DNA from: Octopus vulgaris
Taxonomy: Eukaryota
NCBI GenBank assembly: GCA_951406725.2
Contig: OX597824.1
Span: 28,210,001-28,274,000, forward strand
DNA length: 64,000 nt
Direction of reading: 5' to 3'
The notes below the pieces were generated by a model. That model ran no database searches. It saw nothing but the letters and a program-made list of their open reading frames with translations, and was not told the DNA's origin. Positions 12,456 to 27,600 of this stretch are shown here, in pieces. The first letter of the stretch is position 1. Every line of letters starts with the position of its first letter. The position numbers and the translations under genes are program-made.

Positions 12456-14146
12456 CAAGGAGGTACATAAACCAATATAACTTGTCAAGCGTTACGTGGG
12501 GTGAGGGACAAACGCACATTGGCATTTATATAAATATAAGCATATTCTTTTGTTTCTTGCAGTTGCTAAAGTCATTTGGTTTCGTTCATGCTGGGGCAAC
12601 GCCTTGTAGAATTATTAGTCGAATCAATCTACCCTACTTCTTAGCTTAATTTTAAAACTTGTAACTTATTTAAACCTGTAGCTATATTACAGGGACGTAG
12701 ACGCACTAACAGCGGTTGTCAAGCGGTAGTGGAGGACAAACGTAAGCACACACACATAGTATGTGATACTGGCTCAATGTGCCACGAAGTAAATCTCAAA
12801 GTGGATGAATATGGCGGGGAAGCAAACCGCTTACTATGCAAGTCCGCCAGTGCCTATATGTGTATATAAGGCGAGAATCTACATATTTTGCATTCACAGA
12901 ATTTATTCAGAAAAAGGTAGGCCCACTCGGGGCTGTAGTAGTAGGCACCCAAAGTACTGCCGATGCGATTGAAGCCGAACTAACGTGATTAAATAGCCTG
13001 CTAGTAGAAATAAATATAAAATCAAAAGCTTATAGATACATGTACGAAGCCACAGTTTAAGAAACTCACTTCGGTACTACATAGACTTAGGCTCTGTTTG
13101 ACATTATTCCAATGTAGAGGGGTATCTGATACCATATCCTCAGATTTATCAAGAGCATTTGATGAAATTTGCTGAGAGGAAATTATATAGCAATCAGTCA
13201 GATGGCCAGCTTCAATTTTTGCTTTTGCAGGCTTGGTCTGTTATTCGATTTTCCACGTCCATTTCTCCTCTAGTTTATATTGCGTTTAAGGTTGCTGTGA
13301 GTAGCGATAACCAGGAAAGCGTTTTAATAGATTAGATATCGAGCAGGAGCAATTATATACTAAGCACTTTAAGTTCTCCGAAATCAAATTCAAATAAAAC
13401 TGAATATGAAATGAGCAAAGAAGAAGCCAAAGAAATTATTGAATTTCCGTCAGCGAATAACAAAATGAAGTCGATGAATAAAAATACTGTAGTATGAAAT
13501 ACGGTTATGTATCTTGATAATTGATGAACTATGAAGTTACATGTCGAACAATCCTTCAGAGATGAAATATAAAATGTACTGAGATTTCTACATTTCTTTC
13601 ACAGAATAGTACACTACATGAAATGCAATTTATTAATGCCTTCCACGTGTTTTAACAAACGGATTTCGTTTTGTGGTAACAATGTTTTTTACAGCGGTCA
13701 GATACACAATCTGCATTAACTAATTCAATATTGAAAATCCATGTGTTTAGGCTATCAATATTCGTGTATGGAAATCTAAGTGCTTGGCAGAACAGATAAA
13801 ATTATCTTTACGAAGCCATTTGATTTGCAAGAAAATGCAGTAAAACATCGTAAAATTGCATCTTCCTGTTCTAAAACCATAAGAATATGTTGTACAAATT
13901 TGTCACGGATATAAAATAAAAGTATACTGTGGTCGAGGTTTGGAAAAAAAAAATTGATCGATCATATGTTTCATCATGGAAGCAGACCTGGGTTAAAGAG
14001 CCCAAGTACGATCACCACAACCACCATCACCATCATCACGTCCATCACAACGACCACCACTTCCACTATCACCACGTCCGACAACAAAAACACCAGCTCC
14101 CTGCAGAGCTAATTGCCGATTACAAATACCTGATTATTTTTTGTGG

Positions 14147-14205
<59 letters not shown>

Positions 14206-14821
14206 ATATTTATATACCTGTGAAGGGCATAGTGTCATTAATCTTTGTCGTGCCTATTACGGAAAGAACATAATCGATTAACCGGAGCAGATGATATAAT
14301 AACAGTGGAAATGGTCATTTCTATCACTTTCATTTACTCACATGTGCATTCATATAAATTTCAATGGTAAGATTTTGGAACCAGTTCAATAATGAATCGC
14401 ATTACGAGAAAGCAATTTATATCACCAGTTTAATGCAGAAAAAGAAATTTATACCTACTTAGACACATATGCAAACACACATATATATAACATGCATATA
14501 ACACATACATATAACACATGCAAATACACAGAGATATATGCATCTCTAGCTCCCTCTCTGCCTTTCTTTGTTTCTCTGTTTGTATATATATTTTTCGGAG
14601 ATTTGCGGTCCTTGATAATGCATATGTCTTCATTAATCTGCGTTAACTACAACATTAGAGCATTTTAGCTCTTATTTCTAGCAATGTAGGTGTTTCGTAA
14701 CACTATTCACATTTAGTGATAAATACAATTCGCGGTTTGGGCGAAAAATTGCAAGCTGGTGTCTATATTGATTTTGCATATATATAAATATATATACATG
14801 TATGTTCATGCCTATGTGTGA

Positions 14822-14949
<128 letters not shown>

Positions 14950-15287
14950 TGTTTCAGTCATGATGTTACGACCATGGTGAGGCAGTGCTTTGAAGAAATT
15001 TTAGAATCGCTATGTTACGGTGTTGCAAACACACCAACACACACGTACATTCACACACGCATACAGTTACATAAACAGTCTGAATAAAATACAGAATACA
15101 GGTATGGTATTCAATTCTTTATAAAAGATACTCGGCAATTTAGTCACAAGATTACGTAACTGCCGCTGAAACATGTTTTACTTCGTTAAAGTATCTTACC
15201 AGCTTTCAGCCATAGCGGATCTGGCGGAATCAACAGCACATATATTCTCTTTTTTACTCATGCTGTCTCTCTCCATATAAATATGAC

Positions 15288-15335
<48 letters not shown>

Positions 15336-15596
15336 CCTTTTAAAGCCTAGCCACGCTCATGGGCCCGGTTTCCCGGTTTCAATATGGCGATTGTGTTCCT
15401 CAAAAATTAAGTAAAAAAAAACAGGAAAAATAATCCATAATCTTTGTCCGGTATCAGATCGACCCCAATCATGAGACCAAACATCCCTAAAATTTTCATC
15501 CGAATCCAGCGGAGGGGGTAATAAAATGACCATCCTGAAATATTACATTACATATATATATATATATGTGTGTGTTTGTGTGTGTGTGTGTCTATA

Positions 15597-15641
<45 letters not shown>

Positions 15642-15803
15642 CTTGGACATGCACCTTGGACATGCACCTCGGAGAGGAAATCTCTAGGTACAATCACATA
15701 GTCTTTATATATGTACGTACATATATAAGGTAAGTAAATTGTTTATTTGAATAGATTTTCAGGAGTTCCACAATTATCTTTTACATACAAGTATACGCAC
15801 ACG

Positions 15804-15842
<39 letters not shown>

Positions 15843-16074
15843 ATATATTGCACTTAAGTTACCTCATCTTGAAGAATAACAAATTTCACACATGCCATAC
15901 TATATTCCTCCGTCTCGGATTCCATTTCTCATTGATAGAAACCTCCCTGTAATCCATTTCCCAGAGACACTAACAATACATTTTACTACTTAGAACAAAG
16001 CTTACGAAACTACGTCATACAGTCATACATCCATTATTTTACTAATCCCGGCGCCCTTTCTTACGTCAAAGAAG

Positions 16075-16143
<69 letters not shown>
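16075..16143. repeat. (ATT)n microsatellite
   Basis: Directly visible. Confidence 0.95.
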
Positions 16144-16335
16144 GTATAATGGGTTCTTGTCAATTTGGGAATATCATTCCTCTTTCCATTATCATTTACC
16201 ACTTTTATTTATTCTCGTACTAATGGTTTTGTTATTTGTTGGTTTGTATTTGCTTCCTGGATGACAATACACGCACACGCACACACACACACACACACAA
16301 ACACACAATACACACATATGTATGTACCTGTGTAC

Positions 16336-16391
<56 letters not shown>

Positions 16392-16489
16392 CCTGTATAT
16401 ATATATGTATGTATATATATATATATACCTGTATATATATGCGTATATGTATATATATATAAGTATATATATGTATATATATATATCTA

Positions 16490-16547
<58 letters not shown>

Positions 16548-16548
16548 C

Positions 16549-16643
<95 letters not shown>

Positions 16644-17694
16644 CGGTATATGTATTTATTTATTTACTTATTTATATTCTAGATGTACTTTCAGCTAATG
16701 GAATACACGTGTTCAGATAAAAGCAATTGAAATCAATATGCTAAAGCAAAACGTGTTTAGTTGCCGATAAATGAGATTTCGTTGTTATATATTTATGTTT
16801 ATATTGCCTTAGTTAATATATTTATTTATGTATTTACTTATTTGTTTATTTATTTATTTATTTAGTTGCTTTGATTGCTTTTCTCAGTGACAGATTCATT
16901 TATAAATATGTCCACAATTATAGAGCAGAAATTAGCGGAAAATGCCATTTCCAAAAATTCTACAATGCCTTTGTTTTGCTCCTCTCTATGAAGGAATTAT
17001 AAGCATTATTTCACATTATGTCCTATCCAAAACAAAGCAACGGATCTTTACACAAACACACACAAACACACACATCTCTCATTCACACACATACACATTA
17101 GTAATAATTATTGTAGGAAAGCGGACTCTATAGAACAGTAGATAATAGTTATTTTGGCAAAAATCAACCTCTTGATACTCTGAGTTTCACATGTGCTTGG
17201 GTATGATCTCCTGAGAAGGTACGACTGTGATTGTCTATTTGTTTAGAAATTTGACTATGCTCTGCTGGAAAAATGATTCCAAGTGTTTAATCGGACAATC
17301 TGTTGCCAGGTCTGGTGCATATACACCCATACGGTCTAGTCGAAAGACTATGTTTTTTGTTTTCCTTTTTGTTATATACTCTTCCAGAATGACACGAGCG
17401 TACGTAATCGTGTAGTTGAAGCAGCAACGTGGCGATACGTTTCGATTGATTTTAAGTTATAAAGTGCTTCTTTTTTCCTTACTGTACAATCTACACCAAA
17501 AAGGACTTTCCCTGGACGAAATACCGTAGCCTAAAACCGTTTAAACAAAGCACATGCATTATATAACTTCAATAATATTTATTTTATTAGAGTTACTGCT
17601 AACTCCACATGAGATTTTGCTTTATGTGCGAGATGGACTTGGACATCCGTAGATATGTTTTACCATATTTGCTTATACATTAGATCAGCAGGTA

Positions 17695-17854
17695 TATTGT
17701 TGTGTCTGGGGAGAGTCATGTACTTTAGTGCCTTATTATTCAAATTTATTTTTCCTAAATGTTTTCATTGCGTCTTGCAACCTTTTCAATAGTCGTTGAG
17801 TGTGTTAAATAATAAGGCACTACAAGAAATTACTCTCCCCAGCCACAACACAAT
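17695..17854. repeat. Imperfect inverted repeat (~50-bp arms)
   Basis: TTGTGTCTGGGGAGAGT...TAGTGCCTTATTATT vs AATAATAAGGCACTA...ACTCTCCCCAGCCACAA. Confidence 0.8.
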
Positions 17855-17917
17855 ATGCTTCAACACACAGATTCACATTAAGAATCTTGCAAACCAAATT
17901 CCAAAACTAAGTATATA

Positions 17918-17983
<66 letters not shown>

Positions 17984-18515
17984 CAGCGTGTGATAGGTAA
18001 ATTGTCATCATTTAATACTTTTGATATGGCGCATGCGCATTGTTTGTTTCCTATTTTGTCGACTAAGATTCAGAAAGAGTTCGAACATTCTAATGGTGAT
18101 TCCGAAGGTGTCTGCATTGATCACTTGTGATATCGGCGTTATGCCTCCATTCATCTTCCCACACGGCCTCAGGCTCAACTCAGAGGCCTATATCAAGTGC
18201 CTCGAAGATCTTATGTCTGGAAACAGGACTCTGCACCATGCCACACAATCAGGAGAAGCCAATCATGGACGTCAGAAGATATTTGCGACAACATCATTCC
18301 TAACATCACGCCATCCACCTCCCCAGTGTTGTAGGAGATTCCGAAGTCGTCTAGTGACCGTGGTTGAGACCAATGGTGATTTTATTGAATAATTTTACTC
18401 TTTAGTATTTCAAGATATTTTTATGTAATTTTGGTAATTATATCTGTTAAAATGAGATGTCACTGTTATTTTCATTTTTGCGTAATTTAGACAACAATTT
18501 ATTCATCGTACCCCG
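17984..18515 (+). mobile_element. Internally deleted Tc1/mariner-superfamily transposon, maT (DD37D)-like
   Basis: TA flanks; imperfect TIRs (CAGCGTGTGATAGGTAAATTGT / ACAATTTATTCATCGTACCCCG); peptides VMPPFIFPHGLRLNSEAYIKCLE, QDSAPCHT (shifted frame), CRRFRSRLVTVVETNGDFIE*. Confidence 0.75.
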
Positions 18516-18867
18516 TAAATGTATGTATGTATTATGATGTATGTATGTATGTTGGTATGTATGTATATAGTTCAAGTATTCGATAAATAGAACACAAAAA
18601 AGTGAAAATATTGACAGAAATATAACAAACGGCAAATTTCATAAACCCATGCAACACGACAAATTCTTAGCTGACTTCTCATCAGTCAAAGCGGCCATCA
18701 TGGTTTTGCGTATTTAACACTGATTCCATTCCATCTTTGCGGTGCCATGTATGTATGTATGTATGTATGTACGTAAATATGTTCTAGCGATAGGTGATAT
18801 TTATCCCCGTTTAAACGTGGGTGTTGTTAGAACAAACTATACTGCGGTATATTATATGTATGTATGA

Positions 18868-18899
<32 letters not shown>

Positions 18900-18975
18900 A
18901 TATATATACATACATATATATATGTATATATATATGCATATATACGGATACACATATATATACATAGATATAATC

Positions 18976-19007
<32 letters not shown>

Positions 19008-19365
19008 ACGTGGGCATATATATGTATGCCTGTATAAATACGTATATAACACGTATATGTATAAATGAATTTTGGCTCTCTCTGTGAATATATACCAGAT
19101 ATTTTGATAGAATCGTAATATTCATATAGTTGAAAGAGTATATAGATATTCACTCGTGAATATATACTCACGGCCCCACATATACACACATATTACACGC
19201 ACGTCCGAGGATTGTGTGTATGTGTGTGTGTATGTGTGTGTCTGTGTGCAGCGCGCTTTAACGGAGCTTCCGTCCACCGGATTGCACAGTCAGCGAATTA
19301 ATCTACCTAGAGTGCTCCTGAGTGCGAGAATGCATCATAAACAACCATGTGTGACGTCATAAACA

Positions 19366-19449
<84 letters not shown>

Positions 19450-19854
19450 ATATATATATATTTATTTACAATCATTTAAGGAATGAGTAAGTGCTTTCCC
19501 TCCCTGCGTGTGACATATCAATTTATTTTCTTTTTACTTTCTCCTCGTGCACACTGAAGTAATGAACAATGAAACATCCATTTTGATTGCCCTAATTCAT
19601 TCACATCGTTTCCTAAGTCAAATATTTGCATGGCACTGTATATCTACACACACACACACACATACCCGCATACATACCCACGCACGCATACATACATACA
19701 TACATACATACAAACACACATACATACACACACGCACACACACAAACAAACACACACATATCCACAAACGCACGCCCACACATATACACACAAACAAATA
19801 TACACATATGCAAACACACTCGCACTAACGCACAGTCATATACACAAACCTATA

Positions 19855-19890
<36 letters not shown>

Positions 19891-19909
19891 TGTGTGTATC
19901 TATCAATCC

Positions 19910-20024
<115 letters not shown>

Positions 20025-20049
20025 TATACGTATATATATATATATATAT

Positions 20050-20133
<84 letters not shown>

Positions 20134-20869
20134 GTATATATACATACGTACATGTACGTGCCTACATAAATATATGTATTTATACATGCATATATGGGTA
20201 CAGGACGTAAAAAAAACGTGAACAAATGAGAAGCGAGAACATAAAAAAGAAAAGCATGGAAAACAAACTTTTTTTCGATCAACGAATGAAACAAATAGAG
20301 AAACGTGACAAGCAGCATTAAGAATATTCCCTTCATCTGTTGCCCCCTGTTTTATCTACTCCCCGTTTCGATGGTAGGGACAAGACGTAACTTCGTTAAA
20401 ACAGTCATTCCTGCAAAGCAAATTAAAGTTTGGGATTCTTTGCGGAGTGTTAAAGCAGTAACAAAACAGGACAGTAAGGATAAAACAGCAAAAACAAACG
20501 GTGCGGGCTGTTAAGATTTAACGGGGTAAAGTGGTGAACGCTGGAAAAACCAGCTCTGAGAAAATTACATCTTTTCTTTAAGAAGTAAGTGGAATAAAGA
20601 AAGATAGATAGCAGTTGGTCACGTTTGAGCAACGAGAGAGTCAAGGAGGAAGGGTGAGATAGAAAGAAAGAGAGGGATCGGTGAAGGGGAGAGGGAATGA
20701 ATTAGAGAAATTTTGGGAGAAACAAACCGACAGGAAAAAGAACAAGAGAGAGACATATAATAGAGATAGGTTGTACAGTACGCATCGCAATTATTAAGAT
20801 AATATATATATATATTTATGCAAATATATAAACATGCATGTACACGCATAGTGACATTTGGTCTGTCTA

Positions 20870-21240
20870 TACGGTCTGTATTCATATTCCGCCTAGGTCG
20901 ACCATGCTCTTCATCTTTTAGGGGTCGATAAAATAAGTACCAGTCGAGCACTGCGTTCGAATATAATCCACTTACGCCTCCCCCGAATTTGTTGGTCTTG
21001 TAACATAATTTGAAACCAGTTATTAGTATTATTGTTGTTGTTGTTAGGGCGGTGAGCTGACAGTATCATTAAGACGCCGGGCGAAATGCTTAGCGATATC
21101 TGGTATGTCGCTACATTCTGTGTTCAAATCCCGCCGAAGTCGTCTTTGTTTTTCATCGTTTCGGGGTCGAAATATCAAGTACCAGTCAAGTACCGGTCTC
21201 GATGTGATGTAGTTTTTTCCATCCCTAAAATTTAAGGCCT
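20870..21240 (+). mobile_element. Two diverged SINE family A copies
   Basis: Core motif at ~20885-20945 and 21048-21190. Confidence 0.8.
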
Positions 21241-21252
21241 ATAGCCGAAAAG

Positions 21253-21265
21253 ATTATTATTATTA

Positions 21266-21306
<41 letters not shown>

Positions 21307-21513
21307 GTTATTGTTGTTGCTGTTGTTATTATTATTATTATTATCATCATTATTATTATTATTATTATTGTTGTTGTTGTTGTTATTGTTGTTGTTATTG
21401 TTGTTGTCGTCGTTGATGCTGCTGCTGCTGCTCTTGTTGTTATTGTTGATGCTGCTGCTCTTGTTGTTACCGTTGATGCTGCTGCTGCTCTTGCTGTTGT
21501 TTTGTTGTTGTTG
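21253..21513. repeat. Compound (ATT)/(GTT)/(GCT) trinucleotide array
   Basis: Directly visible. Confidence 0.95.
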
Positions 21514-22400
21514 TCGATATTTTCCTCATTTTTCATCTCGAATCTTACCAATTGTGACATTCATGCTAAATCTCACCATTTCATATTTGTTTCAATTTTT
21601 AATTTATATTTCTATTTTATTGGAGCTTCACTATTTTCCTTTCTACTATTTTTTGTTTTATGATTATTTACCCCCTTATTAATGCTTTTGGTATTTGAAA
21701 GATTTTATTTTTTTATTCCAGTTGTATAGATTTTCCTTCTTTTATTTCCCTGTCTATTCTCTCCAACATGGACTTTTACCTTCCCTAAATAATCATTTTC
21801 CCTGCTCTTCCTCTCGTCCTTTGTTTTGTTCATTTGTATTGTTGATGTTGTTACTATTATATTCTTTTCTCAATATTATTTTGTCTGTTTCTCATTCTTG
21901 ATAATCTTCCTGTGGTTTCGTATCATTTTACCAATTACTTGTTTGTAATTTTCCTCCATTTTCTATCCTATTTATCTTGATTTTCTCCCTTTATTCTGCA
22001 ATATAATATATTTTTTTCCCTTCCATCTACACAACTTCCCTTTAATCTTAATCTATTTTCATTACTTATTTCTTCATCTATTTTTTTTCAACTTATCTTT
22101 CTCTTGCTCGCCTTAATTATTTAACGCTAATTTATTATTATTTTCTCGACATTTTCCAGCTTTTTCTTCGAGTGCATCGACCTTTTTTGTCTAGTCTTTC
22201 AATCTTTCAGTAATATTAATCATTCTTCTCCTTTTGTATCCTTTCTTCATCCATTCGTAAATTACGTGAATGAATAATGTATCAGATGGTCGAGCATAAT
22301 GTTGCCATCTTATTTTCTTATTTTTGTAAGTGAGTTTAATTTTTCTACAAAGTACAGACCAATGTTTGTGTGTGTGTGAGTGTGTGTGTATGTGAGTGTT

Positions 22401-22443
<43 letters not shown>

Positions 22444-22589
22444 ACGCGTGAAAGAGAAAGAATATATATATATATATAGATATATATACAAGTGCATGTT
22501 CCCAGAAGACATTAACTTGCTCTCTGACACACAAAATGGCTTTCACACGGGATGAAAGTACCCTACACATCTGAAAAATTATAAGTTGG

Positions 22590-23801
22590 TGGTGAAACAG
22601 TTAATGAATCGCTCAACGTGGAAGTGGTATTTCTGGATTTTGCAATGACCTTACATAAGATTCATGACAGGGTTATATGTCACAAGCTAGAGAGACTCGG
22701 CATAGTTAGAAACCTAGGTGAGTGGTTACCAAACTTATTAAAAACTACAGAAGCCTGGCTGTTTCAGCCAATGAACCGCTCTCAAAGGGGGAACTAGTAG
22801 CTATTAGAGTACCTTAGGGAACTGATTTGGGGTCCACAGTTACAAATACAGCTGCACCTTCTAGCTATGCCGATGATAGAGAAAAAATAGAACAAGGAGT
22901 TAAAGATACTTTCGATGTTAATTTTTTGCAGAAAGACCTCGATACAATACATAGTTGCGTCACAGAAAACCTCATGCAGTTTGATGAAAAATATTCCAAG
23001 CCCTCCGTTATCAGAAACTTTGAGGTAACATAACGTGACAACGACACTATAGCTAAAAAGGAGCGGTAATATCTGAGTCAAATACAATGCAGGATCTGGG
23101 GATATACATGAGCTACGACGCCTCGTTTTAAGTCCATATCATTGCGACGGAGGCAATGTGCATGCGAATGCCCGGATTAATTTAGAAAAGTTTCAGAACA
23201 AAGGACCAGGAAACTATACTGGAGAACATTTGTCCTTAGCCATCTGGAAAAGTGCTCTCAAACCTGATCGATCAGCTACACTACCCAGTTTGCATCAATG
23301 TAACAGTTGGGCAAAGGCGAGACGAGAGAGATACGCAGTTATATACAAATGGGAGATAACTAGAAGGCTTGACACCAAACTTTGCCATCGAACGTAATAC
23401 CAGCCTTGAAACTAGACCTCACTCCATTGTTCAAAAATTCCTATGCATCCTAGAAAGAGAACCAGGTGTGGCAATAGCGTGGGATTTCAAAGATTTATAG
23501 CTATTTATGCTCTTGTCAAAAATTTGAAAGATCGGTATAAGGTTGGGGTTGATATTTTCAAGTAACAACTTGACTTTCTGGTGAGCAAAGACCAATGTGA
23601 ACCAACATCACAACAGGAACTTCAAAAGACGGCAACAGTATGAAACTCCCTCGTTCATCAAAAGTCAATCACAACAGTTCAAGCATGAAAGAAGCGATAA
23701 TACTGACAGTACCCTAGTATTATCACACACACACGCACAACAACAACAACATAAACACACACACAGACGCGCACGCACACACACGGGCGCATATATATAT
23801 G

Positions 23802-23859
<58 letters not shown>

Positions 23860-23915
23860 ATGGCGGTGCCCCAGCATGGCCATAGCTCGTGAGCTGAAAC
23901 TAGATAAAAAAATTA
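22590..23915 (+). pseudogene. 5'-truncated, decayed CR1/L2-group LINE (RT domain and 3' end)
   Basis: Peptides NVEVVFLDFA..KIHDRVICHKLERLGIVRNLGEWL, RVP*GTDLG, SYADD, LQKDLDTI..ENLMQF, RRERYAVIYKW with stops and frameshifts; tail GGCGGTGCCCCAGCATGGCC...GCTGAAACTAG at ~23862-23902 after a microsatellite. Confidence 0.85.
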
Positions 23916-24614
23916 AATAAATATAAAATATATATATGTATGTATGTATATATAGGATTTCCTAGTATTGTGGTTGGTCCTATACAAGCCATCACGAGAG
24001 AAAATAAATCCTTTCTGTTAGTGGACTAACGACAAAGATATTGCCTGTTAGGCCTTATATATCGAAACCAACGGAAGAATCCATTATAATTGTATTGTGT
24101 ATAGTTTTTCCGTACAAAATTCCAATCCCAAACAGAACCATGCTGTTGCTCTCTGGTTTGCCATACAGTCATGTTTTTACCTATATAAATCGAGAGAAGT
24201 AAGAATTTGAAAATACTCCATTACGAAATAAAAGCACATTCTTACGTTGTATGATAATTTTATTTCTTCTATTTCCGCACGTCAGTTGAAATAATACCAC
24301 GAAAACCTTAATTACAATACACGACACCTATACAGGAAATAACCTCATTACTTTATAGAACGAAATAATCATGCAATGTTTTGTGTCTTTTGTATTTCGT
24401 CTTTACTAAAGCCTGAATAACAGATTTAAAACCTCTTTTGTCTCGTCTATATACTGTATTAAAGACCTTGAAGATTTAAAGTGAAGAGATAGTCACGTTT
24501 TTGTTTCAAACCGTGAAATAAGATAGAAAAATAACAAGATCAGCATTCAGCGCAAGAGCGAGTAAGAAAGGAATAAATAACACATATATGTGCATATAAG
24601 GTGAATAAGAAACA

Positions 24615-24670
<56 letters not shown>

Positions 24671-24907
24671 TCACCAGCAGCAGCACCACCACCACCACTA
24701 TTACTACCACTACTGTCACCAGCACTACCATCACCACCACAACCACCACCACCACCACCACAACCACCACCACCACTACTATCACTACTACTACTACTAC
24801 TACTACTAATAATAATAATAATAATAATAGTAATAATAATAATGATAATAATAATGATAATAATAATAATAATAATAATAATGATGATAATAATAATAAT
24901 AATAATG

Positions 24908-25004
<97 letters not shown>

Positions 25005-25163
25005 TAATAATAATGATAATAATAATAATAATAATAATGATGATAATAATAATAATACAACTACTTCAAATACCCCCATCACCATCATCATTACTGCAAC
25101 TACTACCGCTACGATTACTACTTCAAATACCCCCGTCACCATCATCATTACGGCTACTACTAT

Positions 25164-25210
<47 letters not shown>

Positions 25211-25215
25211 ACAAG
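24615..25215. repeat. Compound (ACT)/(ACC)/(AAT) trinucleotide array
   Basis: Directly visible; source of poly-T/N/L/V/Y/I ORFs. Confidence 0.95.
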
Positions 25216-25794
25216 AACAACAACAAAGATAATATGTTGGGCGTATATTAAATAACAATAATGATTTTTAAATAATAATAATAAGAAGAAGAAGAAGAAG
25301 AAGAAGAAGAGGAGGAGGTGGAGGAGGGGATGAAGGGCAGGTGGAGGTGGAGGCGGAGGAGAAAATACAACAACATCAGCGATGCTTCAACATCGCTGTT
25401 AACAAGAAAAGAAAGCAACACCAGCGTGAATGCAAACACACGACAGTATCAAAACTAGTAATGAAACTGAATATCAATTAAAGCCGAAATATACACATGA
25501 TGAAAAGACATAAAAGTAAAAAATAGAGTAATAATTTAGCTTAACCAATGATAGTAAAATGAACAAACTATGGAGAATAATGAATAAAATATAATAATAT
25601 AATTAAATACAAATTCGGGATAAAATAGTAATAATAAGAACGGAACAATGCGCTGATTATTTTTGGCAAGAAATAATTGTGTATTATAATATGTAATTTA
25701 TGAAATTATAATGGAGTAATGAGAAAAATCGACTGAAAAGGCGCTTTGTATGCATACATTCATGCAGAGATAATTTAGTTATAGATGTCAAAAA

Positions 25795-26375
25795 GGCGGC
25801 GAGCTGGCAGAAACGTTAGCACGCCGGGCGAAATGCGTAGCCGTATTTCGTCTGCCGTTACGTTCTGAGTTCAAATCCCGCCGTGGTCGACTTTGCCTTT
25901 CATTCTTTCGGGGTCGATAAATTAAGTACCAGTTACGCACTGGTGTCGATGTAATCGACTTAATACCTATGTCTGTCCTTGTTTGTCCCCTCTGTGTTTA
26001 GCCCCTTGTGGGTAATAAAGAAATACGTATTTCGTCTGCCGTTACGTTCTGAGTTCAAATTCCGCCGAGGTCGACTTTGTCTTTCATTCTTTCGGGGTCG
26101 ATAAATTAAGTAGCAGTTACGCACTGGGGTCGAAATATAATCGACTTAATCCGTTTGTCTGTCCTTGTCTGTCATCTCTGTGTTTAGCCCCTTGTGAGTA
26201 GTAAAGAAATAGGTATTTCGCCTGTCTTTAGGTTATGAGTTCAAATTCCGCCGTGGTCCACTTTGGCTTTCATCCTTTCGGGGTCGATTAATGAAGTACT
26301 AGTTGCGTACTGCAGTCGATCTAATCCACTGGCTCCCTACCTCTAAATTTCGAGCCTTGCGCCTGGAGTAGAAAA
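25795..26375 (+). mobile_element. SINE family A, trimeric
   Basis: One complete head then three B-box+core units (~25860, ~26045, ~26230); last unit has a different tail. Confidence 0.9.
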
Positions 26376-26439
26376 GTTATAGAATTCAAATATACGAAGA
26401 ACTCACAACGCAGCATATCTTTTATCCGGTATCTTTTAT

Positions 26440-26720
26440 CTCTTATTAGTTTCAGCTCCAGAGATGTGGCCTCGTTGGGGCATCGCTGTTATCTTTTCTC
26501 CACTTTACTACTCGTGTGATAAGTGACACTTGGTGAATGAGGGAATTTGATGTTGTTACCCACATCTGCGTTATGTGCTGGGAGGTAGGTTCAACCGGAA
26601 CTCTTGACAGGAGAAGATCCAGTCCTATTTTGAAAACCCCTGTAATCATTCCATGTAAGTCTCTTGAACTTTTTCAGAGGATATTCAAGAGCTGTGAATG
26701 AAACGATTATCGGTGTATGA
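26440..26720 (-). pseudogene. 3' end of CR1/L2-group LINE
   Basis: GVFKIGLDLLLSRVPVEPT...SNSLIHQ C-terminal motif; tail GATGCCCCAACGAGGCCACA...AGCTGAAACTAA like 23862-23902. Confidence 0.75.
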
Positions 26721-26959
26721 TTATATTTAAATGGGGGAATTCTTAAGAAGTAAATAGGTGCAGGTGTGGTGATGTGGTTCGATATTTTCTTCCCAACCAC
26801 ATTACTCCTAGTTCATTTCTTCTACAGGGTTTCTTGGGTAAGTATCTTCTACTTCAGCATCGAGCCAACCAACAATGTCTGGTCAAGGGAAACTGAACAA
26901 GACCGTCACGCGGACGCACGCATAAACAGACATACACGTACACTCACGTACATATATAT

Positions 26960-27365
26960 AGGTGTATGTCTATATCTAAGCTTGTGCATCTTTGCGTTTG
27001 TGATTGTCTCGCACCGTTTGATAACCGGTGTCGGTTTGTTTACATCCTTGTGGCACAGCGATCCATTAAAACATACTGATTGTACGAGGCCTTTAAAAAG
27101 AGAGTATTGGAGTCAATTTGTTCGACTAGTATGTCAAGGTTGTGCTTCAAGATTGCCGCAGTCCAATGACTGAAGCAAGACAAAAAAAAACTATAAAGGA
27201 ATATATTTACTTGCTTCAAGCCTTATATTGCAAACATAATGGGACAGGGCCTCAAAAGATTCAAGTCGAACAAATCGATCCCCGTAATTATATTTTAAAA
27301 CCTAGTGCGGGGACGTACACACTAACACCGCTGGTCAAGCGATGGTGAGGTACAAACGGACACGG

Positions 27366-27407
<42 letters not shown>

Positions 27408-27600
27408 GCGTGCGCACAAACACGTGCACAAACACACGCACACACATACACATTTGTTTCCGTCTACGAAATGCAATCAGGTTTTGGTCAGCACGAGATT
27501 ATAGTAGAAAACACTTGCTCATGGTAGAGCGCTGTGAAACTGAACATGGAACGACGTGGTTGAGGAACAAGCCTCTTGCCCCACAGCCACACCTGCGCCA
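26960..27600. mobile_element. Two diverged SINE family B copies, tail to tail
   Basis: Plus 3' half 26960-27185; minus copy 27205-27599 ending CACAGCCACACCTGCGCC. Confidence 0.75.

Noticed and set aside
20347-20404. HHR-like arrangement on minus strand (TTAACGA...GAAACG)
   Set aside because: Two core mismatches and poor stems; may be a relic but not supportable
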